A stretch of 64,000 bases of DNA from Octopus sinensis (Eukaryota): positions 7,192,001 through 7,256,000 of the forward strand of contig NC_042999.1 of NCBI RefSeq assembly GCF_006345805.1. Reading direction: 5' to 3'. The translations under genes were made by a program, and so were the position numbers. Below the pieces are notes generated by a model. The model was given only the letters and a program-made list of their open reading frames with translations. It was not told where the DNA came from and did no database searches. Below, piece after piece: positions 26,075 through 39,506 of the stretch (its first letter is position 1; the number at the start of each line of letters is the position of its first letter).

Positions 26075-26086
26075 TTCAATTGCCTG

Positions 26087-26152
<66 letters not shown>

Positions 26153-26889
26153 CATTTATCTATCTGTATGCCTGTCTGTCTCTCTGTTTGTCTACCTGCC
26201 TGCCTGCCTGCCTGCTTGCCTGTTTGTCTTTCTAACTATATTTGTTTGTGCGTGTGTGCTTGTGTATGTACGCACGTGTTTCGGTATGTCTGCACGTGTA
26301 TTGTACGTGGAGTAAAGCCTATTATGTGCATTACGCTAAAGAAACAAGTCCCAGGGACAACTTAAGAATTACGAAGCTAATAAGAACTAATGTCTTAAGC
26401 GAAGAACACATTTAAATGGAAAAAACGTGTATTGAAGTATAAATTGACATTCAATATTGCCATAACACCATTATCAAACACATAAATATAATGTTTAATA
26501 ACATCATAATTTTAGTTCCTACCTTACCAAAACATTCATATCAACAATAAAATAATTTTATCAATATTACTTTTAATTTAATGACAATAATTTTTAGAGT
26601 ATATACAAAGATTGGGTATAAAAACCGCACAAAACGCTATTAAAATCTTATTAATGCGCCCTTTAAACATTAGTAATGCCCTCTTTAACCATTATGGCCC
26701 AATTAAACAAAAATGTCTATACTAGCAGGCTACCTGGCATTGTTGACGTTGAAAAGAACGTATAAAGTGCTTTAAAGGTATTTCTCGGTTTAAAAGAACA
26801 CTATTAGATTCCTTTAGATGATTAATTGGTGTCTATCTGTTTATTGCAGACCCGTGTCTATTGCACTGTCCTTTAGATATGCGCTGTAT

Positions 26890-27012
26890 ATTAGTTTCAA
26901 ATTCTGGCACAAGGCCAGCAATTTTGGGGGAGCTGTTATTCGATTAAATCGACCCCAGTGTTTAGCTGGTCCATTTTGTCCGGCGTGTTAACGATTCTGC
27001 CACTTACCGCCT
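26890..27012 (-). mobile_element. SINE family B, internally deleted copy
   Basis: Head and standard tail joined, with most of the body missing. Confidence 0.6.
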
Positions 27013-27028
27013 TATACACTCTGAATAT

Positions 27029-27327
27029 CACCATGACCACCGTGACCAAACAGTCTGTCAGATGTTGCTACACATCGCTGGTCACAATGCGCTTCGCATT
27101 GTTTTAGCCTTCAAATGATGCCACCCCGCTGGCTAAGCGAGCAGGCCAACAGAAGAAAGAATGAGAGAAAGTTGCGACGAAAGAGTACAGCAGAGATCGC
27201 CACCACCCCCTGTCGGAACTTTAGGTGTTTTCGCTCAATAAACACTCACAACGCCAGGTCTAGGAATTGAAACCGCGTTCCTACGACCGCGAGTCCGCTG
27301 CCCTAACCACTGGGCCATTTCACCTCC
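27029..27327 (-). mobile_element. SINE with head C and tail 2, 13-bp TSD
   Basis: ACACTCTGAATAT at 27016-27028 and 27328-27340; head and middle match SINE C, tail matches 25790-25870. Confidence 0.85.
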
Positions 27328-27929
27328 ACACTCTGAATATTGAGGATATATTTCATAATTTAACTTCGTAAAGGTGATATATTTAATACAAGAATTAAAA
27401 TAGGATCCCTGGACTAAGGAAATATATCATCATTCATTTTATCTTCTAATTTTTAAAATATTTTGAAAAATGAGTAGAAATTCCTGAAACAGCTGTCGTC
27501 CCTTGATGCTGATGAACCTAACATTCATGTTCACACAGTCCCTTTAATGCATGTCAATGATGTTTTGGGGTGCAAAACAACTCCGATATTCGTTCGTTTG
27601 CTTTCATTACCATTGCCATTATAGGAGTCAGCTGGATAGTGTCAATATTGTTGAAAGAAAAATCTCCTTTAAACTTGCAACAAATTTATGGCAAGCTGAC
27701 CAGACAGATTATCTCCAAATCTACTCACCTGGCTAAATTAATTTAATCAGCTTTTGCGTCATAGCCAAATGAATCTCTGCAGGTATTGTGTCCTCCTTCT
27801 CCGATTACAAGAACGAATGTCTCATCAGGCGGTGGCGCACCGAAACACCAGAGCTGCCCGAGGCAAACACCAACGTACAAGACGGAACTCCAGGACAACT
27901 GAAGCACAAACCCTCAGAACTCATACATA

Positions 27930-28146
27930 ATATTCGTTTCAAATTTTGGCACAAGGCCAACAATTTCAGGGGCGAAGTTAAGTACATCGACCCCAGTACT
28001 TCACTGGCACTTATTTTATCGACGCCGCCCTCAAAATGAAAATAACAATCGACTCCGGCGGAACTTGAACTCAGAAATTTAGCGACGGACGAAATGCCGC
28101 TAAGCAATTTGCCCGGTTTGCTAACGATTCTACCTGCTCACCGCCT
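27930..28146 (-). mobile_element. SINE family B monomer with standard tail
   Basis: Reverse-complement match; head-to-head with the array at 28184. Confidence 0.8.
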
Positions 28147-28183
28147 CAGAACTGACAAACAATATTATTTTCAGACTGCATAA

Positions 28184-28770
28184 GGCGGCGAGCTGGCAGA
28201 AACGTTAGCACGCCGGGCGAAATGCTTAGTGGTATATCGTCTGCGTTACGTTGTGAGTTCAAATTCCGCCGAGGTCGACTTTGCCTTTCATCCTTTCGGG
28301 GTCGATAAATTAAGTACCAGTTAAGCACTGGGGTCGATATAATCGACTTAATACCTATGTCTGTCCATGTTTGTCCCCTCTGTGTTTAGCCCCTTGTGGG
28401 TAATAAAGAAATAGGTATTTCGTTTGCCGCTACGTTCTGAGTTCAAAATTCCGCCGAGGTCGACTTTGTCTTTCATCCTTTCGGGGTCGATTAAATAAGT
28501 ACCAGTTACACACTGGGGCCGATATAATGGACTTAATCCGTTTGTCTGTCCCTGTTTGTCCTCTCTGTGTTTAACCCCTTGTGGGTAGTAAAGAAAGAGG
28601 TATTTCGTCTGTTGTTACGTTCTGAGTTCAAATTCCGCCGGGGTCGACTTTGCTTTTCTTCCTTTCGGGGTCGATTAAACAAGTGCTAGTTACGCACTGG
28701 GGTCGATGTAATCGACTTAATCCCGTCACACAAATTTGGGGCCTTGTGCTTCCAGTAGAAAGGATTCTTT
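28184..28770 (+). mobile_element. SINE B/B2 trimeric array (185-bp unit)
   Basis: Head, then tail/body junctions at 28413/28414 and 28598/28599; last unit ends in the standard B tail. Confidence 0.9.
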
Positions 28771-29384
28771 CTAGACTGTAGTCACATCAGTGATTTTTGC
28801 AAGGAAGCCGAATATGTAGTTGATTCGTTGATCTTAACCAGTGCTGACACCCAACAGACTCTGAAGAAAAATAAACAGAAGAACATGGCTAGACGAGAAA
28901 TTGAAACCTATTCTCTACCACAGATTCCTCACTAATAAAAGGACTAATGGGGACCTGAGTAAGTATTTTAGTAATAGATATTAAACTCAACTTAAAAAAA
29001 AACTGTTATTGATTACTAATTGAGAATTTTATGGTGGGTCATGTTGACGTTTCATACAGTATAGGTTCTATGAAATCAGACGGACCTTGTTTCTTCGTTA
29101 TTGACGTTTAATTATTATGTTACGCTTATTTTTTACGATACTTATTCAATGGTGCCAAAGGCATGTTTCCTATTTGCAGTGAATTTCAGATTATTGCATT
29201 GATATGAAGGGAAAATAAGGTCCCTCAGTTCTACGTGTCCTGATGCTAGAAACGAAGAAATTGCACTTTTATTGGGCATATACAATTGGAAATATAAATT
29301 TGGACGGCAGAAAATTTTCTATCAACTTAGAACATTAAAAAATTAATAATGAAATTAAATTAACTTTTATTTTTTATCCTTTAC

Positions 29385-29705
29385 TTCTTTTAATAATTGG
29401 ACTATGGCCATGCTGGGGTACCACCATGAAGGCTAGTAAGCAAACAAGTTGACCTCAGGTCATATTCTAATGTGAGGTATGTATTCTATCACCCAATTTG
29501 CCGAACCTTTTTGGTTAGACGTACATTACCGGTTGCTAAGCGGTGATGGGGTCACATACAAACACGGACGACAGACAGGCTTCCACACTATTTCCGTCGT
29601 CTAAATAACTTCATAAACTATTCATCAACCCGGGGCTGTAGGGACTGTATCAGTAAAAGACACTTTCCCAAGGTACCGTGTGGCGGAACTGAACCCGAAA
29701 AGATC
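29385..29705 (-). mobile_element. Old SINE family A-related copy
   Basis: Recognisable pieces: CCCCAGCATGGCCA tail, GGTTCGGCAA body and GGTTCAGTTCC head. Confidence 0.55.
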
Positions 29706-30457
29706 AAATCAAATAAATATTGAAGCATAGATACCGAAAATTGAAATAAATCAACGCGATTTAATAATACGCAAATGAGGTACCAGTACTGTAGTCTCTG
29801 ATATATACTGGCTGATCACCATTTCATGCTAGGGTTATGGTGATAATATTGCGGTAATTTATCATGAGTTAACTCGTCGTATTATTTTACGCAAGGATCT
29901 TCTGTTTTCATATACGAGACCATCGTTCAGTATGATATTCGGTTGCACACAACGTCAGAAAAACTAATTTGTTTCTGCGTCAACAGTTATGAAGCGATTA
30001 ACATTAATAAAATATTTATTAAAAAGTTTAGGGATGTAATATCCAAAGGAACCATAACATATTTCTCGTTAAAGAACTAATAAAATCTGAACAGAAGCGG
30101 GAATAATATGAAGGAAAATACTATTTTGGTAGCATATAAACACAAATTTATTAAATGACAGAAAGATAACAGAAAACGTCTCTGAGGGTGTTTTCAGTAT
30201 CGTATCTCATCTATATTATAAACGGTTGCATCAACATAATTTGAATCAATCAGATTGGAGTCGAAACAAAGGCGGCCATAACGAATTATCCAAAACAACA
30301 AAAAGGGAGATGGACCGTGATACAGGCGGAAATGTTAGACTGCGATCGAGATGGAAATGTTGAAAATAAAATCTCTCCTAATACAAAGTTAAAACTACAC
30401 AAATGAGAACAGAAAATTCGATTCATATGTACACTTTTAATATTTAATATAGCTTTA

Positions 30458-30670
30458 AGGCGGCGAGCTAGCCCAAACGTTACTACGCCAGATTAGATAC
30501 TTAGCGACATTTCCTCCGTCTTTGTGTTCTGAGCCTAAATTCCGCCGAGGTTGACTTTGCATTCATCACTTCGAGGTCGATAAAATAAGTGCCAGTTGAG
30601 TACTGGGGTTGATGTAATCGAATTCAAATTCCTTCGAAATTGATGGTTTTGTAACAAAATTTTAATTCAT
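30458..30670 (+). mobile_element. SINE family B, diverged monomer
   Basis: Head GGCGGCGAGCTAG.., body CCGCCGAGGTTGACTTTGC..GGTCGATAAAATAAG. Confidence 0.75.
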
Positions 30671-30959
30671 TGGACTAGGACCATGTCGCGACACCTGTTT
30701 CAAGACGTTCAGATGATTATAACGATCCTAATATCTATTTCATCCATCTTTATTTATTAATAGCTTCAGTGAATTATAGTGGAATTGACCGTAATCTGCT
30801 CACCGTTTTACACCACCATTTTCATTCATAGATAAGTACACAAGCATCTACGAACATGCATCACACACACACATATGTAGGCTTACCTACACACAGGCGC
30901 ATGTTCCTATTTATCTATCTCTCTATCTGTCTTTCTGCCTGCTTAAATACCCACCCACC

Positions 30960-31185
<226 letters not shown>

Positions 31186-31242
31186 GTAATGGCATATCTT
31201 GAGATAAAAATTCCTGTTTGAAATATCGAAATAATTTTCAGA

Positions 31243-31380
31243 ATTATTTACATTATTTACATTTGACGGATATTTGTCCTCATCTTGTTTGTTGTTAACA
31301 CAAGGTTTCGGCTGATATACCCTCCAGGTATCTTGGGGAAATTTCAAACCTGGTTTCTCATTCCTAAGGTATTTTTCGAT
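31243..31380 (-). mobile_element. Probable 3' half of a SINE (family E) ending in (AATGTAAAT)n
   Basis: Lies directly beyond the (TAA)n tract, on the same strand as the tRNA head at 34713-34779; ends in 9-bp tandem repeats at 31243-31263. The link to the head is inferred. Confidence 0.5.
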
Positions 31381-31400
31381 ATTATTATTATTATTATTAT

Positions 31401-34007
31401 TCAGTAGTTTTATTTTTTTTGCGTGCTTTCACTTCACTACCGAGCGCAGCTCTGTGTGCCTTGGTTATGTGCTGTGATTTGTTGTGATGCTTTGATGGTT
31501 ATTGTATGGAAAGTGTTCTGCGTAGGATGTGTGCAGTGCCTAGTAGTGCAATTTTCTGTATGTTATATGTGTTTGTAAGTCCTGGTGTTTTTGTTATGTA
31601 TTTGTCTGAATATTTTTTTATCATGCCTAATGCACCTACTATGATAGGAATTGTTTCTGTTTTCAGGTTCCACATTCTAGTTACCTCTATTTTCAGGTCT
31701 TTGTATTTTGAGAGTTTCTCCATTCTTTTAGAGACACGTTGTCATCTGCCGGTATTGATACATCAATTAGAAAGCATTTTTTTTCTTCATGATCTCTGAC
31801 AACTATATCTGGTGTGTTGGCCTTAATTTCTCTATCTGTGTATCGGCATATCCCAGAGTATGGTTGCTTTCTCGTTTTCTGTGACCTTTTCTGGTGTGTG
31901 CCTATACCATCTTTTTTCTGTTGTTATTCCATAATGTTGGCATAGCTTCCAATGTATGTAGGTTCCAACTCTGTCATGTCTGTGAATATATTCCTTCTTA
32001 GCCAGGACTGGGCAGCTAGAGATAATATGATTTATTGTTTCTTGTCCATCTCCACATATTCTGCAGTTACTTGTAATATTTCTTTTCATTACATGTTTTT
32101 GTAATTTCTGGTGGGGAGGCTTTGGTCTTGTGCTGCAATTAAAAATCCCTCTGTTTCTGCTTTGAGTCCTGATCTTCTCAACCATTGCTGGGATTTTTCT
32201 TTGTCTAATTCTTTTGCGTTTAGTTTAGTGCAGTATTTACCATGAAGGGGTTTTTCTTGCCATCGTTTTATCATGGCTCGTTGCTGTTCTATTTTTAGTT
32301 TGGATTTCATTTGTTATAGCTTTTGTTGTTTCTTCATCATCTTCTTTTTCTTCTTTGTGTTTATTAGGTGGTATGATTTCTTGTTTGTATTTGTCAGCTT
32401 CCTTAAATACTGAGAACAGTTTTTTGTTTTGCTCGTGTTTTGCTGCTATCTGGATCAGTTTTCCTTCCTTCTGAAGTAGGTATTTTTGCAGTCCTATGGT
32501 GGTTATTTTATATAGTAGTTTTCCAGCTGTATAAGGCCTCTACCACCTTCTATACGTTGTATATAGTCTTTCTATGTCAGATTTTGGGTGATGCATCCTA
32601 GATCCTGTCAGTATTTTTCTTGTTTTCCTATCTATTTTGGACAGTTCATTCGTGTCCAGTTAAGGATATTGTAGCTGTAACTTATAACTGGGACAGCTAA
32701 AGTGTTGATACCTATTATCTTGTTTTTAGCATTGAGCTCTGTTTTTAGTATTGATCTAACTCGTCTATAATATTCTTTTTTTATTTTCTCATTCATTTGT
32801 GTGTGTTGTGTCTTATCTAGTTCATGGATTCCTAAGTATTTGTAAGTTTGGCTTTGGTCTAATTCTTTTATTTCATTGGTTTTATGTAGTGTGATGTTGT
32901 TACTCTTAACTAGTTTTCCTCTTTTCATGGTTACTTTGGCGCATTTTTCTAATCCAAATTTCATATCTATTTCTTTGGGTAAATGAACTGTCTTTAATAG
33001 TGTTTCCAGCTGTTTGTCATTTGCAGCGTATAGTTTTAGGTCATGCATATATAAAAGGTGGCTGATCGTTTTGCCGTAACATTTATATCCGCATCCAGTT
33101 CTATTTAGCATATCAGATAGAGGTGACAGTGCCAAGCAGAAAAAGAGTGGAGAGAGCGTGTCTCCCTGGAATATTCCTCTTCTAATGGGGATGTCTTTGG
33201 TTTTCATGAGTCCCTCTTTTGTTTGGAGGTGTAGGACTGTTGCCATTTATTCATAGAGTGCTCTATGAATTTTATGATTGTTGTTGGTGTACTTTGTTAA
33301 TGGCTAGTGTTTCGAGGATCCATGTGTGGGGGATGCTATCAAACGCTTTTTGTAGTCAATCCAGGCCATACTGAGGCCTTCTTTTTCTGTGGCTGTCTTC
33401 AGTTACGGCTTTATTAATCATTAGTTGATCTTTACAGCCATATGAGCCCTTGTGGAATCCTTTCTGCTCTTCTGGGAACAGTTTGTTTTCGTCCAGGTGC
33501 TTGTTCAGCCTTTGCGATATCACTGCAGAAAATGCCTTGAACATAGTAGGGAGGCAGGTTATTGGTCTGTAGTTTTCTGGTTGTTGTTTCATTTGATTTG
33601 GGAATTAAGATGGTTTTCCCCTTCGTGAGCCATTCAGGCATTGTCTCTGGCTCTGCTAGTATGCTGTTAAAGTTTTCAGCCAGCTTTTTGTGCATTCTGT
33701 TAGATATTTCAACCAGAAGTTGGGGATCTTGTCATGCCCAGGTGCCTTCCAGTTGCTTAGTTTTTGCAGTGCCTGGGTGACCTCTTCAGTTGTTATGGGG
33801 GTCCAAAGTTGTTCAGATGCCGAGTTTGTTATTTTCATACTCCTCTTTTTTGGCTGTTCGTTCGCCGACCATATTTCTTTCCAGAATTCTTCCAATTCTT
33901 CTGCCGTTGGTGCTGCAGTGACTTCTATCTTATTTTTGCCCAGTTCTTGGTAGAACTTTTTGGGGTCGGAGTTGAACTTTTTGTTCTGTTCAAAGAAGCG
34001 TTGGCGT
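31401..34007 (-). mobile_element. 5'-truncated R4/Dong-clade LINE (RT, CCHC, RLE, 3' UTR) within (TAA)n
   Basis: WKAPGHDKIPNFWLK, NYRPITCLPTMFK, GIFQGDTLSPLFFCLAL, HLLYMHDLKLY, CRICG..HIISSC, EKLSKYKDLKIEV..IPIIVGALG; (TAA)n on both sides, the known target type of Dong-like elements. Confidence 0.95.
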
Positions 34008-34027
34008 TATTATTATTATTATTATTA

Positions 34028-34089
<62 letters not shown>

Positions 34090-34102
34090 TTATTATTATA
34101 TT

Positions 34103-34568
34103 GAGTGAGAGAGCAGTGCATGCCATCAAAGTGACATTGGGGTAAAATATACGAAACCCAGTATACCCATCATGACTACCCGTCTGATAAGGGTATACCA
34201 GGCACATGCATCACAACCATATGTGCGCGACATAGTGATCTCATATCAAGATAAACAGCACATGACCTTGCAGGTTGGGCCCAGTTAGAATTTTGTTCTG
34301 GTCGAGTAACCCATCCCGCTCAAAAGGTCCCTGAATAAGGGTTGTTTAAGGATGTTGAATGAAGCACCCATGTTTCCAGAGGTAAATTATTCAAACCCCA
34401 AAGAATCCCTCTCAACACATGGCTATGATGCTCCCCCCACTACTTCTGCTCGTGATCAGAGATGCACATATGGTCAGCCACTAAGGGACATGGTCAACTG
34501 GTTAAGGTCAAACAACTGACAAGCAAATCTGTGGTATTGAGCAGTATATTTACTGAAGCCCATCTTTA
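34103..34568 (-). mobile_element. Element X, 5'-truncated second copy
   Basis: Reverse complement of about 765-1227; bounded by (TAA)n on both sides. Confidence 0.85.
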
Positions 34569-34570
34569 TT

Positions 34571-34653
<83 letters not shown>

Positions 34654-34712
34654 CATTATTATTGTTGTTATTATTATTATTGTTATTATTATTATTGTTA
34701 TTATTATTATTG

Positions 34713-34779
34713 TTCAGGTCACTGCTTGGAATCGAACTCAGAATCTTGGGGTTAGTAGCCCGCGCTCTTAACCACTACG
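34713..34779 (-). mobile_element. tRNA-derived SINE head (family E) followed directly by (AAT)n
   Basis: CGTAGTGGTTAAGAGCGCGGGCTACTAACCCCAAGATTCTGAGTTCGATTCCAAGC has A and B boxes but no tRNA acceptor stem. Confidence 0.75.
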
Positions 34780-36494
34780 GTTGTTTTATATTATAGCAAA
34801 TAGTTTTGTACGGACTTTTTCAATTCAAGAATCTCATGAAGTGTGTTAAGAAGAAAATCCAGTTTACGTGTAATATTGCAAGGATAAATTATCGCTTTTA
34901 GAAATAAAAAAATTATATAGTAAGAATACGAGATAGATGAATGTTATAAACCAGCTGACGCAAGGCAATATTTACTTTCTGCTTCTTGCTACCAAAAACA
35001 CAGGAGAGTCAATTTTCATGCTATAGCATAGCAAAAATAACAATGCACCATTATACCAAGTCCGTACACCTCGAAAGAAAGGAGTTAAGGAAACTAAATG
35101 GTATACCAATTAGAAAACCTTATTTATAGCTATTAATTAATTGAAAGTAAAGAGGATGTTAATATCAGCAATTTAAAGACTGTACAAAGCAAATTCAAAT
35201 GCATTAGAGAATGGAGGCTTTTGATGTAATTTATCGTAATTTATCACTGTTAAAATATGATCTTAAAATACGGAGGATCTTTGAAAAAAAAAAAAGAACA
35301 TCATTAAAAGCAAAAAAGAACTGGCTCATTCAAAGAAGGAACTTTTAACAATTGCCCAGTTTCCCCATAAAATTATATAAAATTTGAGAGTTTCAAAATT
35401 CAAAGATCAAATTGTGGAATTCGTATCAATATATCCGAAGGCTCCGAGTTCCGTTTCAAAAATAGGCACATTTTAAAAATATAAAATGCCTCTTCATACC
35501 CGTCGGAAATTTTAATCGGTGACATAGCATGCTGTAGGTTTGGCGAGAATTATATTGACTTAACTGTCACTTAAAAAATACATGACATTTGACAGACAAC
35601 GAATACATGATCGGAACATAAGAAGAATATAGATCCAGTAAGCATTTAGAAAGATGTGCACGAATTCGACAAACAAATTTCAAACGTTTCCTACTCTATC
35701 GATGTGCATGAAATCTGACAGAAAAACAAAAAAAAGTAAGCGAAAAACTTTTGAATGTAACATATAAACCATGTTTAAATTATTAACCAAAATCTGACAA
35801 CTATTTTAAAAATATTTATGAGTTATATTTCCCATGACATTTTTGAATTAAGTACAATATATCTTATCCCTACTAAATTAGACGCTACTTTAGTATTTAA
35901 TATCATCTCCCATGTTTGTCAGTGAGTCTATAACATGACTTCCATTTGGCGCACTATGCATTGAATGAAAGCTAGTAGCAAGCTATTACACACGAACACT
36001 GCAATGGAATATCTTGTGTTAGAAGTGAAACCAGTTGGTATTTATCTTGGAAATATTTGATGATGTAAGTTTGTGATTATGTACTACGGTGTGTTTAATG
36101 ATATATATTTAAAACGAGTTGATTGTGAAAATATACTTTGTAATACGTAATCTTAGAATGATTTACATATAATAATGTATGTTGGGCATAGGAAATATTT
36201 CGAAAGATGTTAAAAGCTACTCTGAACTAATTTGATTTTGACAATCTGCTATTCAATACATATTGTATTTTTAAAAGAGTTAACTGTAATAATATACGGT
36301 GGAATTAATTCACTGCAATTTTAAAGGAAATACTCATTTTGTTTTCATTATTTTCCCATACGCATGTATGTATGTATGTATGTATGTATGTATGTATGAT
36401 GTATGTATGTATGTATGTATGTATGTATGTATGTATGTATGTATGTATGTATGTATGCGTGTGTGTATGTATGCATAGATGTACGTATGTATGA

Positions 36495-36557
<63 letters not shown>

Positions 36558-36746
36558 TATATATAGATAGAAGCTTCAGTTGTCAGACCTTTACACCCGA
36601 AAACGAAATCGTGTTTAGAGTGATTTATAAAACTTGGATGGGATACATATTTATATTATATTTTGTGCTCATAAGCGAACACAAAAGAAAAAATCTGTTG
36701 TACTATACACGGAGTATTGTCTTCATTAAAAATTACCTTGTATACA

Positions 36747-36777
<31 letters not shown>

Positions 36778-36781
36778 AGAA

Positions 36782-37335
36782 GGCGGCGTGCTGGCAGAAA
36801 CGTTAGCACGCCGGCCGAAATGCTTAGCGGTATTTCGTCTGCCGTTGCGTTTAGAGTTCAAGTTCCGCCGAGGTCAACTTTGCCTTTCATCATTTTGGGG
36901 TCGATGAATTAAGTACCAGTTACGCACTGGAGTAGATGTAATCGACTTAATCCGTTAGTCTGTTCTTGTTTGTCCTCTCTGTGTTTAGCCCCTTGTGGGT
37001 AGTAAAGGTATAGGTATTTCGTCTGCCGCTACGTTCTGAGTTCAAATTCCGCCGAGGTAGACTTTGCCTTTCATCATTTCGGGGTCAATTAAATAAGTAC
37101 CAGTTACGCACTGGGGTTGAAGCAATCGACTTAATCCGTTAGTCTGTCCTTGTTTGTCCCCATCTGTGTTTAGCCCCTTGTGGGTAGTAAAGAAATAGAT
37201 ATTTCGTCTGCCGCTACGTTCTGGGTTCAAATTCCGCCGAGGTCGACTTTGCCTTTCATCCTTTCGGAGTCGATTAAATAAGTACCAGTTACGCACTAGG
37301 GTCGATAAAATCGACTTAATCTCTTCCCCCAGATG
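36782..37335 (+). mobile_element. SINE B/B2 trimeric array (185-bp unit)
   Basis: Junctions at 37012/37013 and 37197/37198, the same position as in the other arrays. Confidence 0.9.
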
Positions 37336-37361
37336 TGAAAACGTACTTTTATGTTTCTATA

Positions 37362-37765
37362 GGCTCAGGAGTGGTTGTTTGGTAAGTAGCTTGCTTATCA
37401 ACCACATGGTTTTTAGTTCAGTCCCACTGCGTGGCACCTTGGGCAGGTGTCTTCTAATATAGCCTCGGCCGACCAAGCCCTTGTGAGTGGATTTGCTTGA
37501 CGGAAACTGAAAGAAGCCCGTCGTGTATGTATATATATATATATATTTGTGTGTGTGTGTTTTTGTGTTTGTGTTTGTCCCCTCACCATCGTTTGACAAC
37601 AGACGGTAGTGTGTTTACGCCCCCGTAACTTAGTGGCTCAGTAAAAGCGTCCGATAGAAAAAGCACTAGGCTAACAAAGAATAAGTCCTGGTGTCGATTT
37701 GTTCGACCGAAAGCGGTGGTCCGGCATGGCCGAAGTCAAATGACTGACACAGAAAATAAAAGAGT
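37362..37765 (+). mobile_element. SINE family A, diverged
   Basis: Same architecture as the other A copies. Confidence 0.85.
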
Positions 37766-37768
37766 ATA

Positions 37769-37845
<77 letters not shown>

Positions 37846-38394
37846 CGTACTGACTACTTGGTAAAATTGTTATTATTAATAATCTTACCCTATATAATTA
37901 TTATTAAAATCATATATATAGCCAGGGGCATTCGGAATAGTACACTCAAGTAAGTTTGATTTTCTCCGTTTTGCATGGGATTTTTCAAAATCCTTTTCAC
38001 CACACATTTCCAAATTAATCGGGGAAGCTTTTGATGAACCAATATTGAAATTTTATGAATCTTTTTTCTCTCGCGCCTTCTGAACAAATTTTGTTCACTT
38101 CTGTTTTCCATTACACACTTAAAATTAATAGGAGACACCTTTGCGGTAAAGAAAATTCAATCTATGAATTTTTTTTAAGACTACTGCCACACTCTGTATC
38201 GATTAGGGGCGATGTTTCTGTGCACTACACAATTAAATCATTGGGAGAAATCTTGAAGTTAAGAAAAGAAAGAAAAGAAAACCTTTGGAAATCTCCGATC
38301 TCCATTACAATCCCCTCTTCCTTTATTTTCAAACACAAAAAGAAATGTAATTTAAAAGTAACAGTGAAATTGAAAAAAATAATTCATTAACATA

Positions 38395-38803
38395 GGCGCA
38401 GGAGTGGCTGTGTGGTAAGTAGCTTGCTAACCAACCACATGGTTCTGGGTTCAGTCCCACTGCGGGGCATCTTGGGCAAGTGTCTTCTGCTATAGCCTCG
38501 GGCCGATCAATGCCTTGTGAGTGGATTTGGTAGACGGAAACTGAAAGAAGCCTGTCGTATATATGTATATATATATGTGTGTTTGTGTGTCTGTGTTTGT
38601 CCCCCTAGCATTGCTTGACAACTGATGCTGGTGTGTTTACGTCCCCGTCACTTAGCGGTTCGGCAAAAGGAACCGATAGAATAAGTACTGGGCTTACAAA
38701 GAATAAGTCCCGGGGTCGATTTGCTCGACTAAAGGCGGTGCTCCAGCATGGCCGCAGTCAAATGACTGAAACAAGTAAAAGAGTAAAAGAGTAAAGAGAG
38801 AGT
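38395..38803 (+). mobile_element. SINE family A, near consensus
   Basis: Full match; possible 7-bp TSD TAACATA. Confidence 0.9.
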
Positions 38804-39117
38804 AACATATAAATTCTAAAAGTTCGGTACTTGTCCGAATTTTCAAATATGGACAGTCCGAATCTGAAATTTGTTTCTGATTATAATTTCAAAATAATTG
38901 TCAGACGAAAAGGTAATTGAAGAGAGTTTTAGCTGCTGATTCCAGCACATCCAATGACCACCTGGTAGCTTCCTCGTTTCTTTGTCACTCTGATATATAT
39001 TGATGGTTTTTGATATCTTTCACTCCGCAAACACATTTCATGGAATGATGATGCTGTGGTCGACTGCTGGGAACTAAGAAACACCACAAAAATATTTCTT
39101 ATTTAAATCAAGCGAAT

Positions 39118-39160
<43 letters not shown>

Positions 39161-39432
39161 TGTGTGTGTGTGTCTCCACGTATGTGCGTGCGTGTGTGCA
39201 TGTGTGTGTGTATAGGAAAAAGCACATATACTAACAGCATTGAATGCTATTAAAATAAATTATCTTTTACATATTTCCGTTCAATCACTCTATCACCCTA
39301 ATGAAACCCATTATAGACATGCATACACACACTGACACACACACACACAAACACACACACACATTCAACGTGAGCAATGGAGGCTTGCAGAAGGCGAAAA
39401 ATGTTTACCATGAGAAAATGAGAGATACACAA

Positions 39433-39506
<74 letters not shown>

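Noticed and set aside
26720-26890. Helitron-like start ACTAGCAGG..CCTGGC
   Set aside because: No matching 3' hairpin or CTAG end identified.
27410-27500. GAAA-CAGCTGTC/GTCCC, a typical PLE hammerhead 3' half
   Set aside because: No CUGANGA core upstream; too incomplete to call.
35923-36064. 142-bp segment between a good acceptor (TTTGTCAG) and donor (GTAAGT)
   Set aside because: Stops in all three frames and no transcript evidence; could be a UTR exon but cannot be supported from sequence alone.
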